Part shown: positions 1-10,089 of the stretch, in pieces
Layout of the letters: every line of letters starts with the position of its first letter
How positions within the stretch are numbered: the first letter of the stretch is position 1
Assembly (NCBI RefSeq): GCF_001457595.1
Contig: NZ_LN831039.1
Coordinates: forward strand, 2,910,001-2,942,000
Reading direction: 5' to 3'
Source: Mycolicibacterium smegmatis
Lineage (GTDB): Bacteria > Actinomycetota > Actinomycetes > Mycobacteriales > Mycobacteriaceae
DNA length: 32,000 nt
Notes under the pieces: model-generated
Seen by the model: the letters and a program-made list of their open reading frames with translations, nothing else
Database searches by the model: none
What the model was told of the DNA's origin: nothing
Translations under genes and position numbers: made by a program

Positions 1-1
1 C

Positions 2-250
2 GTCGAGGACAACGGTCTGCACGGCGGCATCGGGTCGTCGGTGTCGGCCGCGCTGCGGCACGCCGAGATCGACGTGCCGTGCCGTGACGTCGGTGTACCG
101 CAACAGTTCCAGGACCACGCGTCACGCGGTGAGGTGCTCGCCGAGGTCGGCCTGACCGATCGTCACATCGCCCGGCAGATCACCGGGTGGGTGGCCGCGA
201 TCGGCACCCGCTCGGCCGCCGAGGACGAAGTCGGGCAGACGCTCGACTAG
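2..250 (+). CDS. dxs: 1-deoxy-D-xylulose-5-phosphate synthase, C-terminal fragment (5' end outside window)
   Basis: Frame 2 reads [66 protein letters not shown]..., typical of the transketolase C-terminal domain of Dxs; stop TAG at 248-250. Confidence 0.88.
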
Positions 251-287
251 CAGCCCTCGGGCTCCTCGCGGCCAGTAGGCTGCCGAG

Positions 288-1202
288 ATGCACGATGAAC
301 TGCAGCGCTGGAAAGACGCCGGGCAGTACTTCGACTACCTGGGATTCGACATCTTCTACCGGGTCGACGGCGTGGCGCCGGGCACCGGGCCGAATCTGCT
401 TCTCATCCACGGATATCCGTTCAACTCGTGGGACTGGTCGCTGATCTGGCCCACGCTGACGCAGCGGTTCACCGTGATCGCCCCGGACATGATCGGCATG
501 GGGTTCTCGGACAAACCGGTGGCCTACGAATACCGCGTCACCGACCACGCCGACATCCACGAGGCGCTGCTCGCGCACCTCGGGATCACCAGCACGCACA
601 TCCTCGCCCACGATCTCGGTGACTCGGTGGGGCAGGAGATGCTGGCCCGTCACGAATTCGGCGGTCAGGCGTACGGCGGTTTCCAGATCGAATCCGTCAC
701 GTGGCTCAACGGGGGACTGTTCAACGAGGCCTACCGGCCCCGCCTGATGCAGAAGGTCATGTCGCGAACACCGTTGGGCGACATCCTCAGTCCACTGCAG
801 GGGTCACCGCTGTCACGGCGGGTCTTCGAGTCGACCCTCGACCAGATGTTCGGAGTGAACACCAAGCCGTCGCGCGAGATGATCGAGAAGTTCCATCAGA
901 TCCTCGACCACAACGACGGAAAACGCGTGCTGCACAAGGTCGGACGATTCGTCACCGATCGCTACACCCACCGCAACCGGTGGGTGCGCGCGATGCGTGA
1001 GACGTCGGTGCCGATGCGGTTGATCGACGGGCCGTCGGATCCGAACTCGGGCCGCCACATGGCACAGCGCTATCTCGAGGTCATCCCGGATCCCGACGTC
1101 GTGATGCTCGCCGACGACATCGCCCACTGGCCGCAGATCGAGGCGCCGGACGCTGTGCTCGCACACTTCCTGGAGCACATCGACCGCGTCGTCGCGCTCT
1201 GA
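288..1202 (+). CDS. alpha/beta hydrolase (epoxide hydrolase / haloalkane dehalogenase-like)
   Basis: 304-aa ORF with oxyanion-hole motif HGYPFNSWDW and nucleophile elbow AHDLGDSVG; C-terminal DIAHWPQIEAPD matches a catalytic-His region. Confidence 0.85.
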   Translation: MHDELQRWKDAGQYFDYLGFDIFYRVDGVAPGTGPNLLLIHGYPFNSWDWSLIWPTLTQRFTVIAPDMIGMGFSDKPVAYEYRVTDHADIHEALLAHLGITSTHILAHDLGDSVGQEMLARHEFGGQAYGGFQIESVTWLNGGLFNEAYRPRLMQKVMSRTPLGDILSPLQGSPLSRRVFESTLDQMFGVNTKPSREMIEKFHQILDHNDGKRVLHKVGRFVTDRYTHRNRWVRAMRETSVPMRLIDGPSDPNSGRHMAQRYLEVIPDPDVVMLADDIAHWPQIEAPDAVLAHFLEHIDRVVAL

Positions 1203-1229
1203 AACCGGTTTGAATCCGGCCGGCCTGCA

Positions 1230-2477
1230 TCAGTTCTCGGCCAGCGCGACGGTGAGCACCGGCACGGTGAGCTCGCGCTGCCACGGCCGCACCTGGTTGT
1301 CGACCAGGAATTCCTCGACGGTCGACGCGACGTCGGCCACGGGTTGCCAGTCCCAGCACAGCCGGCGCACCACCTCGGGGGTGATCAGGTTCTCGGCCGG
1401 CACCGAAACGCGTTCGGACAGTTCGGCCAGGCCGGCACGGGCCGCCTCCAGGCGTGCGGCGGCCTCGGGTTTGCGCCGTGCCCAGCGCGCCGCGGGCGGC
1501 GGGCCGTTGGACGCCTCTGACGCCGACGGCGGATCGGGGTTCTGTCGCGCGCGGTTGAGGGCGTCCAGCCAGACCTGGGCGCTGCGCCGCTGCTTGGCGC
1601 CGCCGAACACCGGGAGCGCGGTGAGTTCCGCGGTGGTCTTGGGGTCGACGGTGGCCGCGTTGATGATCGCGGCGTCGGGCAGGATCCGGCCGGGGGCGAT
1701 GTCACGGCTGCGGGCGATGTTGTCCCGCGTGGTCCACAGCTCGCGGACCGCGGCCAGCGCCCGCGGGTTGCGCACCTTGTGGATGCCCGACGTGCGCCGC
1801 CACCGGTCCCGGCGCGTCGGTTGCGCGACGTAGGTGCGCAGGTGCTCGAATTCCTGTGCAGCCCATTCGGTCTTGCCCTGCTCTTCGAGCACCGCGGCGA
1901 TCGCGTGGCGCAACTCCAGCAGCACCTCGACATCCAGCGCCGCATAGTTGAGCCACTCGTCGGGCAGCGGACGCTTGGACCAGTCGGCCGCGCCGTGGCC
2001 CTTCATGAGCTGCAGCCCCAGCAGTCGCTGGACCATCGCCGCGAGGTTGACGCGTTCGAACCCGGCAAGCCGGCCCGCCAGTTCGGTGTCGTACAGCTTG
2101 CCCGGACGCAGACCGATCTCGGCCAGACACGGCAGATCCTGATCCGCGGCGTGCAGCACCCATTCGTCGTCGGCCAGGGTCTGCGCGACGGGCTCGAGCG
2201 TGTCGATCGGCGAGCCGCCGTGGTTGACCGGGTCGATCAGTGCGGTGCCTGCCCCGGCGCGGCGGATCTGCACCAGGTACGCGCGGTTGGAGTACCGGAA
2301 ACCCGACGCGCGTTCGGCATCGATCGCGAACGGACCGCTACCACCCGCCAGCTGACGTGCGGCCGCGGCGATCTCGTCGGCGCTGACGCAGAGTTCGGGG
2401 ACGCCTTCGGCGGGGGTCAGAAGCGGTGTCGCTTCTGCCTCCTCCACATCGGCAGGTTCGGTATCCCCTTGGGTCAT
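1230..2477 (-). CDS. ribonuclease D-like 3'-5' exonuclease with HRDC domain
   Basis: Start MTQGDTEPADVEEAE (cat at 2475-2477). Contains FAIDAERASGFRYSNRAYLVQIRR, YDTELAGRLAG and NYAALDVEVLLELR exonuclease motifs plus an HRDC-like C-terminus. The track ORF extends further 5' without support. Confidence 0.9.
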   Translation of the reverse strand: MTQGDTEPADVEEAEATPLLTPAEGVPELCVSADEIAAAARQLAGGSGPFAIDAERASGFRYSNRAYLVQIRRAGAGTALIDPVNHGGSPIDTLEPVAQTLADDEWVLHAADQDLPCLAEIGLRPGKLYDTELAGRLAGFERVNLAAMVQRLLGLQLMKGHGAADWSKRPLPDEWLNYAALDVEVLLELRHAIAAVLEEQGKTEWAAQEFEHLRTYVAQPTRRDRWRRTSGIHKVRNPRALAAVRELWTTRDNIARSRDIAPGRILPDAAIINAATVDPKTTAELTALPVFGGAKQRRSAQVWLDALNRARQNPDPPSASEASNGPPPAARWARRKPEAAARLEAARAGLAELSERVSVPAENLITPEVVRRLCWDWQPVADVASTVEEFLVDNQVRPWQRELTVPVLTVALAEN

Positions 2478-2479
2478 CT

Positions 2480-3091
2480 CTATGCGCGGGTACGGGAACT
2501 CAAGTCGGTGACGCCGGCTGGTGGCAGTCCGGCGGCGTGCTCGAGCACTTCGCAGAACGCTTCCACGTGCGGGCCGAGTTCCAGCGTCGTCGCCGTCCAC
2601 GACGCGCGCAACTCCAGCTGGTGGGCGCGCGGTGGGCCGGCGATGTCGCCGTAGCGCACGGATGTGGTCGCGGTGACCGTGCCGCCCAGTGCGGTGACCT
2701 GGTTGGCGCGCGCATCGAGCGCGTCCACCAGCCAGCTCCACGCCACCTCGGGCAACAGCGGGTCCACGGCCTCACTGGAGTCCAGATCGGCCTGGATGTA
2801 GGCGACCAGGCGCATCGTGCCGTCCCACGCCTCGGCGCCGTCCGGGTCGTGCAGCAGGATGAGCCGTCCGAAGGCGTCGCCCTCGGAGCGTTCGGGAACT
2901 ATCGCGGTGTCCGGATGCCGGACCTCGGCGCCCAGGGCATAGCTGTACGGCGCCAGCCGCTGCGGCGGGCGGATCGGGCCCAGCTCGATTTCCGGCCGTA
3001 CGGTGGTGGCATTCATCGCCGCCACCGCCGTCCGGAACTGTGCCGGTTCGGCAGAGGTCACGGCGTTTGACGCTAGTCCATCTGGGCACAA
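2480..3091 (-). CDS. DUF3000 family protein
   Basis: 203-aa ORF, position directly upstream of RNase D as for Rv2680; actinobacterial conserved hypothetical character. Confidence 0.75.
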   Translation of the reverse strand: MCPDGLASNAVTSAEPAQFRTAVAAMNATTVRPEIELGPIRPPQRLAPYSYALGAEVRHPDTAIVPERSEGDAFGRLILLHDPDGAEAWDGTMRLVAYIQADLDSSEAVDPLLPEVAWSWLVDALDARANQVTALGGTVTATTSVRYGDIAGPPRAHQLELRASWTATTLELGPHVEAFCEVLEHAAGLPPAGVTDLSSRTRA

Positions 3092-3182
3092 CAGGGGACA
3101 GGCGCGCCGTAACGACCTTCATCGAAGGTGAAGACGAGCGCGTCACACCAGGGAAAATTCGCTCGTGGCACGATAGGACGCG

Positions 3183-4244
3183 ATGAATACCCGCCGTGAG
3201 CTGCCCGAGTCGCCCTATTTGGCCGCCGCAAGCGGCCGCAGCCCACACCGCGTGCCGGTGTGGTTCATGCGGCAGGCCGGCCGGTCGCTGCCCGAGTACC
3301 GGGAGCTGCGCGCCCAGCACAGGATGTTGCAGGCCTGCTTCGACGCCGAGCTGGTGTGCGAGATCACCATGCAGCCGGTCCGCAGGCACAAGGTGGACGC
3401 GGCCATCCTGTTCTCCGACATCGTCGTGCCGCTCAAGGCCGCGGGTATCGGGCTCGACATCGTGCCCGACGTCGGGCCGGTCATCGACAACCCCATCCGC
3501 ACGCTCGGCGACGTGCAGGCCATGCCGGCGCTGGAGTCTCCCCAGGTGGCCCCGGTCGCCGAGGCCGTGAGGCTGCTGACCGCCGAACTGGGCGACGTCC
3601 CGCTGATCGGCTTCGCAGGCGCCCCGTTCACGTTGGCCTCCTACCTGGTGGAGGGCGGTCCCAGCCGCCACCACGAGCGCACCAAGGCGATGATGCTGGG
3701 GGAGAGCTCGACCTGGCACGCCCTGATGACGGCGCTGACGGATCTGACCATCGCGTTCCTGCAGGCGCAGGTGGACGCGGGCGTGGACGCGTTGCAGGTG
3801 TTCGACTCGTGGGCCGGGACGCTGTCGCTGACCGACTACCGCGAGTACGTGCTCCCGCACAGCAGCCGCGTGTTCGCGACCATGGCGGCCGCCGGTGTCC
3901 CGATGACGCACTTCGGCGTCGGCACGGCCGAACTGCTCGGCGCCATGTCGGAGGCCCTGGCCCCGGGTGCGGCCCGGGTCGTCGGCGTGGACTGGCGGAC
4001 CTCACTGGCCGATGCCGCGGCGCGGGTGCTTCCCGGCGCCGCGCTGCAGGGCAACCTCGACCCGGTGGTGCTGCTGGCGGGCTGGCCTGTGGTCGAGAAA
4101 GCGGTGCGTCGCGTCGTCGAGGACGGCAGGGCCGCGGTCGCGGCGGGCGCCGCCGGACACATCTTCAATCTGGGCCACGGTGTGCTGCCCGCGACCGATC
4201 CGGGCATCATCACCGACGCGGTGGAGTTGGTGCACTCGCTGTGA
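3183..4244 (+). CDS. hemE: uroporphyrinogen decarboxylase
   Basis: 353 aa with [49 protein letters not shown] and [14 protein letters not shown], the UroD hallmarks. Confidence 0.97.
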   Translation: MNTRRELPESPYLAAASGRSPHRVPVWFMRQAGRSLPEYRELRAQHRMLQACFDAELVCEITMQPVRRHKVDAAILFSDIVVPLKAAGIGLDIVPDVGPVIDNPIRTLGDVQAMPALESPQVAPVAEAVRLLTAELGDVPLIGFAGAPFTLASYLVEGGPSRHHERTKAMMLGESSTWHALMTALTDLTIAFLQAQVDAGVDALQVFDSWAGTLSLTDYREYVLPHSSRVFATMAAAGVPMTHFGVGTAELLGAMSEALAPGAARVVGVDWRTSLADAAARVLPGAALQGNLDPVVLLAGWPVVEKAVRRVVEDGRAAVAAGAAGHIFNLGHGVLPATDPGIITDAVELVHSL

Positions 4245-5602
4245 CCATGCGGTTCTGCGTCGTCGGCGGCGGGATCTCCGGCCTCGTCGCCGCTTACCGC
4301 TTGCGCCGGGCCGCGGGTCCGCACGCCGACATCACGCTGCTCGACCCGGCCGACCGTCTCGGCGGGATCCTGCGCACCGAGCGCGTCGGCGGGCAATGGC
4401 TCGACGTCGGCGCGGAGGCGTTCGTCGCGCGTCGGCCCGAGATGCCCGCGCTGCTGGCGGAACTCGGCCTGGCCGGACGGCAGATCGCGACCTCCGGTGC
4501 GCGTCCGCTGATCTACAGCGGTGCGCGGCTGCACCCGCTGCCGCAGGGCACCCTGCAGGGCATCCCGGCGCAGGCGTCGTCGCTGCTGGGTCTGGTCGAC
4601 GACGCGACGGTCGCGCAGATCATCGACGAACGTGCGCGCCCGTTCGCGTGGCGGCCGGGATCCGATCCGTCGGTCGCCGACGTCGTGGGCGACCGGTTCG
4701 GGATGCAGGTCGTGTACCGCTCGGTCGACCCGCTGCTGACCGGGGTGTACGCCGGGTCCTCGGCGACCATCGGATTGCGTTCTGCGGTACCGACCCTGGC
4801 CGCGGCGCTGGACCGCGGCGCCCCCAGCCTGACCGACGCCGTGCGTGACGCGCTGCCGCCGCCGGTCACCGGCTCGGTCTTCGGCGCGCTCGACGGCGGC
4901 TACCGCGTGCTGCTGGAGGAACTGCAGCGCCGCGCCGCCGTGCGCTGGGCGCAGGTCACCGCTGTGCGCGTCGATCGTGACGCCAACGGCTGGCTGGTGT
5001 TCGACGACGAGGGCACGAACTGGAACGCCGACGGTGTGGTGCTGGCCGTGCCCGCACCGGCCCTGCCGGCCCTGATCGAGCACGTCGCGCCGAGGACGGC
5101 CGCGGCCGCGCGCCGGATCAGGGTGGCGTCGGCGGCGGTGGTGGCGCTCGCGCTTCCCGGCGGGACGCCGATCCCGCAGCAGTCGGGCGTGCTGGTGGCC
5201 ACCGGCGAGGCGGGCAGCCTCAACGCCAAGGCCGTGACCCTGTCGTCACGCAAGTGGGGCCGGCGCGGCAATGTCGAACTGCTGCGGTTGTCGTTCGGTC
5301 GCTACGGCGACGATCTCGCCCGCAGCACGGGCGACGAGGATCTGCTGGCGTGGTCGACGCGCGATCTGAACACGCTGTTCGGCATCACGGTCGACCCCGT
5401 CGACTGGCACATCCAGCGGTGGATCGACGCCATGCCGCAGTACGGCCCGGGCCACCTGGATCTGGTGGCCGAACTGCGTGCGGGACTGCCGCCGAATCTC
5501 GCGGTGACGGGCAGTTATCTCGACGGCATCGGGGTCCCGGCATGTGTGGGCGCGGCCACCCGAGCGGCCCTGACGCTGGTGAAAACCGGCGTGGCACGAT
5601 AG
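4241..5602 (+). CDS. hemY: protoporphyrinogen/coproporphyrinogen oxidase (FAD-dependent)
   Basis: N-terminal dinucleotide fold [43 protein letters not shown] and C-terminal [16 protein letters not shown]. Start GTG 4241 or ATG 4247; overlaps the hemE stop. Functionally may be CgoX. Confidence 0.93.
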   Translation: MTMRFCVVGGGISGLVAAYRLRRAAGPHADITLLDPADRLGGILRTERVGGQWLDVGAEAFVARRPEMPALLAELGLAGRQIATSGARPLIYSGARLHPLPQGTLQGIPAQASSLLGLVDDATVAQIIDERARPFAWRPGSDPSVADVVGDRFGMQVVYRSVDPLLTGVYAGSSATIGLRSAVPTLAAALDRGAPSLTDAVRDALPPPVTGSVFGALDGGYRVLLEELQRRAAVRWAQVTAVRVDRDANGWLVFDDEGTNWNADGVVLAVPAPALPALIEHVAPRTAAAARRIRVASAAVVALALPGGTPIPQQSGVLVATGEAGSLNAKAVTLSSRKWGRRGNVELLRLSFGRYGDDLARSTGDEDLLAWSTRDLNTLFGITVDPVDWHIQRWIDAMPQYGPGHLDLVAELRAGLPPNLAVTGSYLDGIGVPACVGAATRAALTLVKTGVAR

Positions 5603-5606
5603 GCCT

Positions 5607-6302
5607 ATGGCCAAGCTCGATTTCGACGCACTCAACTCCACCATCCGGTACCTGATGTTCTCGGTGTTCGCCGTTGCCCCCGGTGAACTGGGCGAGGACC
5701 GCGCCGACGTGATCGACGAGGCCGCCACGTTCCTCAAGCAGCAGGAGGACAAGGGCGTCGTGGTGCGGGGCCTCTACGACGTCGCGGGCCTGCGTGCCGA
5801 CGCCGACTTCATGATCTGGACGCACGCCGACAACGTCGAGGCGCTGCAGTCCACGTACTCCGACTTCCGCCGCACCACCGCGCTGGGCCGGATCAGCGAC
5901 CCGGTGTGGAGCAGCGTCGCGCTGCACCGGCCCGCCGAGTTCAACAAGAGCCACATCCCGGCGTTCCTCGCCGGTGAGGAGCCCGGCAACTACATCTGCG
6001 TGTATCCGTTCGTGCGCTCGTACGAGTGGTACCTGCTTCCCGACGAGGAGCGCCGCCGCATGCTCTCCGAGCATGGCATGGCCGCCCGTGGCTACAAGGA
6101 TGTGCGGGCCAACACCGTGCCTGCGTTCGCACTCGGCGACTACGAGTGGATCCTGGCGTTCGAGGCGCCCGAACTGCACCGCATCGTCGACCTGATGCGC
6201 GACCTGCGGGCCACCGACGCGCGTCGCCACACCCGCGAGGAGACGCCGTTCTTCACCGGCCCGCGCATCAGCGTGGAGAACCTGATCGCCAAGCTGCCCT
6301 AG
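5607..6302 (+). CDS. chdC: chlorite-dismutase-family coproheme decarboxylase
   Basis: 231 aa; [59 protein letters not shown]; directly downstream of hemE/hemY. Confidence 0.92.
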   Translation: MAKLDFDALNSTIRYLMFSVFAVAPGELGEDRADVIDEAATFLKQQEDKGVVVRGLYDVAGLRADADFMIWTHADNVEALQSTYSDFRRTTALGRISDPVWSSVALHRPAEFNKSHIPAFLAGEEPGNYICVYPFVRSYEWYLLPDEERRRMLSEHGMAARGYKDVRANTVPAFALGDYEWILAFEAPELHRIVDLMRDLRATDARRHTREETPFFTGPRISVENLIAKLP

Positions 6303-6333
6303 TTACCGGGTTTTCGGGCATCCGTCCGTCATC

Positions 6334-6654
6334 ATGGTGGCCGTGAAGACACACGTTTTGCTCGTCGCGGCCATCGCGGCGGGTGCGCTGGCAACGGCGC
6401 CGGTCGGTTTCGCGCAGGCACCCGATGTCGAGCGGTGTGACCCGCAGGCCGGTCAGGTCATCGACATCGTCGCCGGCGACATCGACTGCGTCACGGCGTC
6501 GCACTTCGCGGCGCAGTACAACCCCATGGGCGAGAAGTACCAGGAAATCGGGCCGTTCACGTGCTACTCGGGCACCGCGGCATCGGCGCCGCTGCTGTTC
6601 CAGTGCGTCTCCGACCTCGAGGGCGGCACCGAGTTCGCGGTCTATCCGGCCTAG
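6334..6654 (+). CDS. small secreted/exported protein, hypothetical
   Basis: 106 aa with N-terminal signal peptide MVAVKTHVLLVAAIAAGALATAPVGFAQA and four Cys in the mature part; corresponds in position to Rv2675c but its nature is uncertain. Confidence 0.6.
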   Translation: MVAVKTHVLLVAAIAAGALATAPVGFAQAPDVERCDPQAGQVIDIVAGDIDCVTASHFAAQYNPMGEKYQEIGPFTCYSGTAASAPLLFQCVSDLEGGTEFAVYPA

Positions 6655-6701
6655 TTCTCGTCGACATTCCTGCGTCGATATCGCGCGAACTCAGCGGCGA
6701 T

Positions 6702-7115
6702 TCACTCCGCGGGGACCAGGCGCAGCGAGATCGAGTTGATGCAGTAGCGCTTGTCGGTCGGCGTCGGGTACCCCTCGCCCTCGAAGACGTGGCCGAGGTG
6801 GCTGTGGCAGTTGGCGCACAGCACCTCCACGCGGCGCATACCGAGCGAGTCGTCGGGCCGCAGGATCACCGCGTCGGAGTCGGCCGGGTCGAAGAATGAC
6901 GGCCACCCGCAGTGCGATTCGAACTTCTCACTGCTGCGGAACAGTTCGGCGCCGCACGCCCGGCACTGGTAGACGCCCTCAGTCTTGGTGTCGGTGTACT
7001 CGCCGGTGAAGGGGCGCTCGGTGCCCGCCCGGCGCAGCACGGCGAACTCCTGGGGCGTGAGCTTCTCGCGCCATTCGTCGTCGGTGAGGGAAAGCTTGGG
7101 GGCAGGGATCGTCAT
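6702..7115 (-). CDS. msrB: peptide-methionine (R)-S-oxide reductase
   Basis: GVYQCRACGAELFRSSEKFESHCGWPSFFDP and HLGHVFEGEGYPTPTDKRYCINSISLRL are diagnostic of MsrB. Confidence 0.97.
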   Translation of the reverse strand: MTIPAPKLSLTDDEWREKLTPQEFAVLRRAGTERPFTGEYTDTKTEGVYQCRACGAELFRSSEKFESHCGWPSFFDPADSDAVILRPDDSLGMRRVEVLCANCHSHLGHVFEGEGYPTPTDKRYCINSISLRLVPAE

Positions 7116-7166
7116 GTCCCCAAATTACGTGCGCGAGAGGAAGCGCGCCAGAACCACCGCGCGTGC

Positions 7167-8459
7167 TCACACGGGGGCAGGCGTGCGTTCCCTGGCCATC
7201 CACGGCGGGTCGATGCCCTGGTCGAGGCGGCCGTCCTGTTTGGCGTCGAGGTAGCGGAAGTACAGCACGCAGAACACCACCACCAGCATGAGCGACCAGC
7301 CGTAGGTGATCTTCATGTACTCCAGGAAGCGTCCGGTGGTCGGCCAGTGCCCCAGCAGCCAGCGGTCCATGGTCATGAACCCGTAGATCGCCAGCCACGC
7401 CGGCCAGTTGCGCAGCACCGAGTTCGGCAGCACCACCGTCATCAGGAACGGGAACAGCATCGTCGAGTAGTAGCCCTGGCCAAGGGACAGCAGCAGGAAC
7501 GATGCGGTCAGCAGCACGCCCGAGGACGTCAGCAGCCAGAACCGCGGATCGCGTTCACGGTAGTACCGGTACAGCAGCCACAGGCTGCCGACGGCCAGCA
7601 GCAGGAACACCACGCGCAGCAGCAGGATCAGCCACATGGGCAGGCCGTAGTAGATGCCGTTGCCCACGATCGAGGAGTTGAAGTAGTCGCGCGTCGACAT
7701 GATGTAGGGGACCGTGTGGCGCACGAAGTTCATCGGGTCCGGCACCAGCGGCCACGCGGCGATGTTGAACACCAGCGGCACACCGAACGCGGTGATCAGT
7801 GTGTAGAACTGCCGGTTGAGTACCGGCAGCAGCAGAAGTGGCGCCAGCGACGGTTTCACCACCAGGGTCAGGCCGATGGCCGCTCCGGCGAGCAGTTCGG
7901 CGTTGCGTCCGCCCTTGAGCAGCCAACGGAAGAACAACACCGCGCCCAGCAGCATGCAGCCGTTGATGTTGGTGAAAACCAGTGTGTTGGTGACCGATTC
8001 GGTGCAGAACATGGCCAGCACCAGGGCCGGGGCAGCCACCGAGGACAACGTGTAGTCGAAGATCCGCAGCATCAGATAGGCCGCGATCAGGAACGCCAGC
8101 ACGTTGAAACTGATGTACCAGTAGCGCGACGCGTCGACCGGCAGGTAGCCGAACGGCGCCAGCAGCAGCGTCCCGCCGGGCGGGTACAGGTAGTGCGGGT
8201 CGACGTGGTCGAACTGCTCGTTGTAGATGTCGAGCCCGAGCTTGAAGTTGATCACCGCGCGGTACACCGGGCCGAAGTCGTCGGTGATGTAGCCGTTGGT
8301 GCCCAGCACGTAGCTGCGGTGGATCACCGACAGGATCGCGATCGGCCACAGCACCGAGCGCAACACCGTGGCGGTGCTCGGCGCAGAGGTGCGGGGGCGG
8401 AACGCGTTCAGGAGCTTCGTGGTGATGGAGTCTGTCGCCGTCACCAGCGCACAGTACAC
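7167..8459 (-). CDS. aftC: GT87/DUF2029 membrane glycosyltransferase, alpha-(1->3)-arabinofuranosyltransferase AftC
   Basis: 430 aa multi-TM protein; GYITDDFGPVYRAVINFKLGLDIYNEQFDHVDPHYLYPPG; position between msrB and the Rv2672-like hydrolase as in M. tuberculosis. Confidence 0.88.
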   Translation of the reverse strand: MYCALVTATDSITTKLLNAFRPRTSAPSTATVLRSVLWPIAILSVIHRSYVLGTNGYITDDFGPVYRAVINFKLGLDIYNEQFDHVDPHYLYPPGGTLLLAPFGYLPVDASRYWYISFNVLAFLIAAYLMLRIFDYTLSSVAAPALVLAMFCTESVTNTLVFTNINGCMLLGAVLFFRWLLKGGRNAELLAGAAIGLTLVVKPSLAPLLLLPVLNRQFYTLITAFGVPLVFNIAAWPLVPDPMNFVRHTVPYIMSTRDYFNSSIVGNGIYYGLPMWLILLLRVVFLLLAVGSLWLLYRYYRERDPRFWLLTSSGVLLTASFLLLSLGQGYYSTMLFPFLMTVVLPNSVLRNWPAWLAIYGFMTMDRWLLGHWPTTGRFLEYMKITYGWSLMLVVVFCVLYFRYLDAKQDGRLDQGIDPPWMARERTPAPV

Positions 8460-8480
8460 CGGCGCCGATCTCGCCAGACG

Positions 8481-10061
8481 TCAGGCAGGACAGTACGTGT
8501 CGGTCTCGGGCAGTTTGCCGTTGTCGAGGTATGAGGTCACGGGCGCTATCGCGCACGTGTCGTAGATGCTCGCGCCGTGCCCGATGCCCTGCCAGATCAC
8601 CCGCCGGTTGTTGGCGCCCGCGTTGATGATCGTGGCGGCCACCGCGGCAACGCCTTCGTTGCCGACGATCGGGTCGTTCTGCACGCCGAGCAGCAGCACC
8701 GGAACGGGCAGTTCCTTGGGGTCCTGCGGCGCCGACCCGCTGGGCCAGTTGAGGCACTGCACCAGGCTCAGTGCGCCGACGGCACCGAACTGCGGGTAGA
8801 GCTTGCCCCACGCGACGACGAGTTCGCGGACCCGGTCGGGGGTCGGCCGGTTCAGCGCGTCGCTGCACGAGTTTACGAAATGCCCGTCGGTGAGGCGCGT
8901 GGTCTCGGTCTCGGCGATGAGGTCGGTCAGCGGATTGGGGTCGCCGTCGCGTGCGGCGGCGAGGGTGCGCGCGAGTTCTGCCGTCGCGGTCACGCGGTCG
9001 CCCCGCGGGAAGCCCAGCGCGGTGGTGATCGCGTCGACGACGGTCGCCACCGACGCGCCACCCGGCCCGCGGCCGGCCCTGGCGTCGGCGAGCAGCGAAT
9101 CCACCGCGGCTTTGGGGTCGGGGCCCAGCGGGCAGCCCGTGGCGACGCATTGCGCGGCGAACGCGTCGAGTGCGGCCTGCTGGCCTTTGACGCGCTGCTC
9201 GGCGGCAGCCTCGGCGCCGATCGCCAGGGGCAGGGGCGAGTCGAGCACCAGCCGCGACACCTTGGTGGGGTGCGCGCCCGCGTAGGCCAGCGCGACCTGC
9301 GCGCCGTTTCCGACTCCCAGCAGCGCGAGCGTCGGGACGTCCCACGTGCTGCGCAGGCGTTCCAGGTCCTCGGCCGCGTGGGCGTTGTCGTACGCCGAGT
9401 CGCCGGGGGCGATGGTGTCGGTGCAGCTGGTGGTCGCCGTCATGGTGATCGAGCCCAGGTTGGCCACGGGGTCGTTGCCCGACTGGAACTGCGCCTGGTC
9501 CAGCATCTCCTGGCGGTCGTACAGGTCGCGGCAGTCGATCGCACCGGACATCCCCGTGCCGCGCCGGTCCACTGCCACGATGGGATGCGCCTTGAGCACG
9601 TCGGCTCCTGTGCGCGACAACCACGCGGGCAGCTGAATCGACGATGCGATGTCGGATCCGGTGGTCATCACGATCGGGCCCGCGTCGTCGGGGGTGTCGG
9701 CGGCCTTTGCCCGCACGACACCGATCTGCAGGGTGCCCGACGCGCCTTCGAGCGGGTCGAGGTCGGCGTCGTAGTTCGCGCAGTCCAGGGTGACGCCAGG
9801 GATGGCGGGCACGCCGGCGTCGCCGAACACGCGAGAGGTGCAGTCGCGCCACGACAGATCGCTCTTGGGGGTCTCGATCGACGGCGGCCCGGAGGGCTCG
9901 GCGCTGGTGGTTTCCGGCTGTCCCTGCGGATGCGCACCGGAATCCGTGGCGTAACGCGGGTCCGCGGCGAACATCGGTGTGCACGCGGTGAGCACTGCCA
10001 GTGACATCACGGGGACCACCACGCCCGACACGCGCAGGGCCCGCACCAGCTGATCACGCAT
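8481..10061 (-). CDS. secreted alpha/beta hydrolase / TAP-like protease lipoprotein (Rv2672-like)
   Basis: Start MRDQLVRALRVSGVVVPVMSLAVLTAC (lipobox LTAC). VDRRGTG, LLGVGNGAQVALAYAGAHP and C-terminal VPVLLLGVQNDPIVGNEG. The longer track start (10097) would overlap the next gene. Confidence 0.85.
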   Translation of the reverse strand: MRDQLVRALRVSGVVVPVMSLAVLTACTPMFAADPRYATDSGAHPQGQPETTSAEPSGPPSIETPKSDLSWRDCTSRVFGDAGVPAIPGVTLDCANYDADLDPLEGASGTLQIGVVRAKAADTPDDAGPIVMTTGSDIASSIQLPAWLSRTGADVLKAHPIVAVDRRGTGMSGAIDCRDLYDRQEMLDQAQFQSGNDPVANLGSITMTATTSCTDTIAPGDSAYDNAHAAEDLERLRSTWDVPTLALLGVGNGAQVALAYAGAHPTKVSRLVLDSPLPLAIGAEAAAEQRVKGQQAALDAFAAQCVATGCPLGPDPKAAVDSLLADARAGRGPGGASVATVVDAITTALGFPRGDRVTATAELARTLAAARDGDPNPLTDLIAETETTRLTDGHFVNSCSDALNRPTPDRVRELVVAWGKLYPQFGAVGALSLVQCLNWPSGSAPQDPKELPVPVLLLGVQNDPIVGNEGVAAVAATIINAGANNRRVIWQGIGHGASIYDTCAIAPVTSYLDNGKLPETDTYCPA

Positions 10062-10089
10062 GGGCACCACAGTAGCGATCGGCTCCGGG

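Noticed and set aside
1779-2654. 291-aa plus-strand ORF
   Set aside because: Antisense to RNase D, which has clear exonuclease motifs on the other strand.
6912-8534. 540-aa plus-strand ORF (MRFELLTAAEQ...)
   Set aside because: Antisense to msrB 5' end and aftC; His/Gln/Arg-rich antisense pattern.
7555-9984. 809-aa minus-strand ORF
   Set aside because: Alternative frame across aftC and the secreted hydrolase gene; low-complexity Arg/Ala/Pro/Gly composition and no domain motifs.
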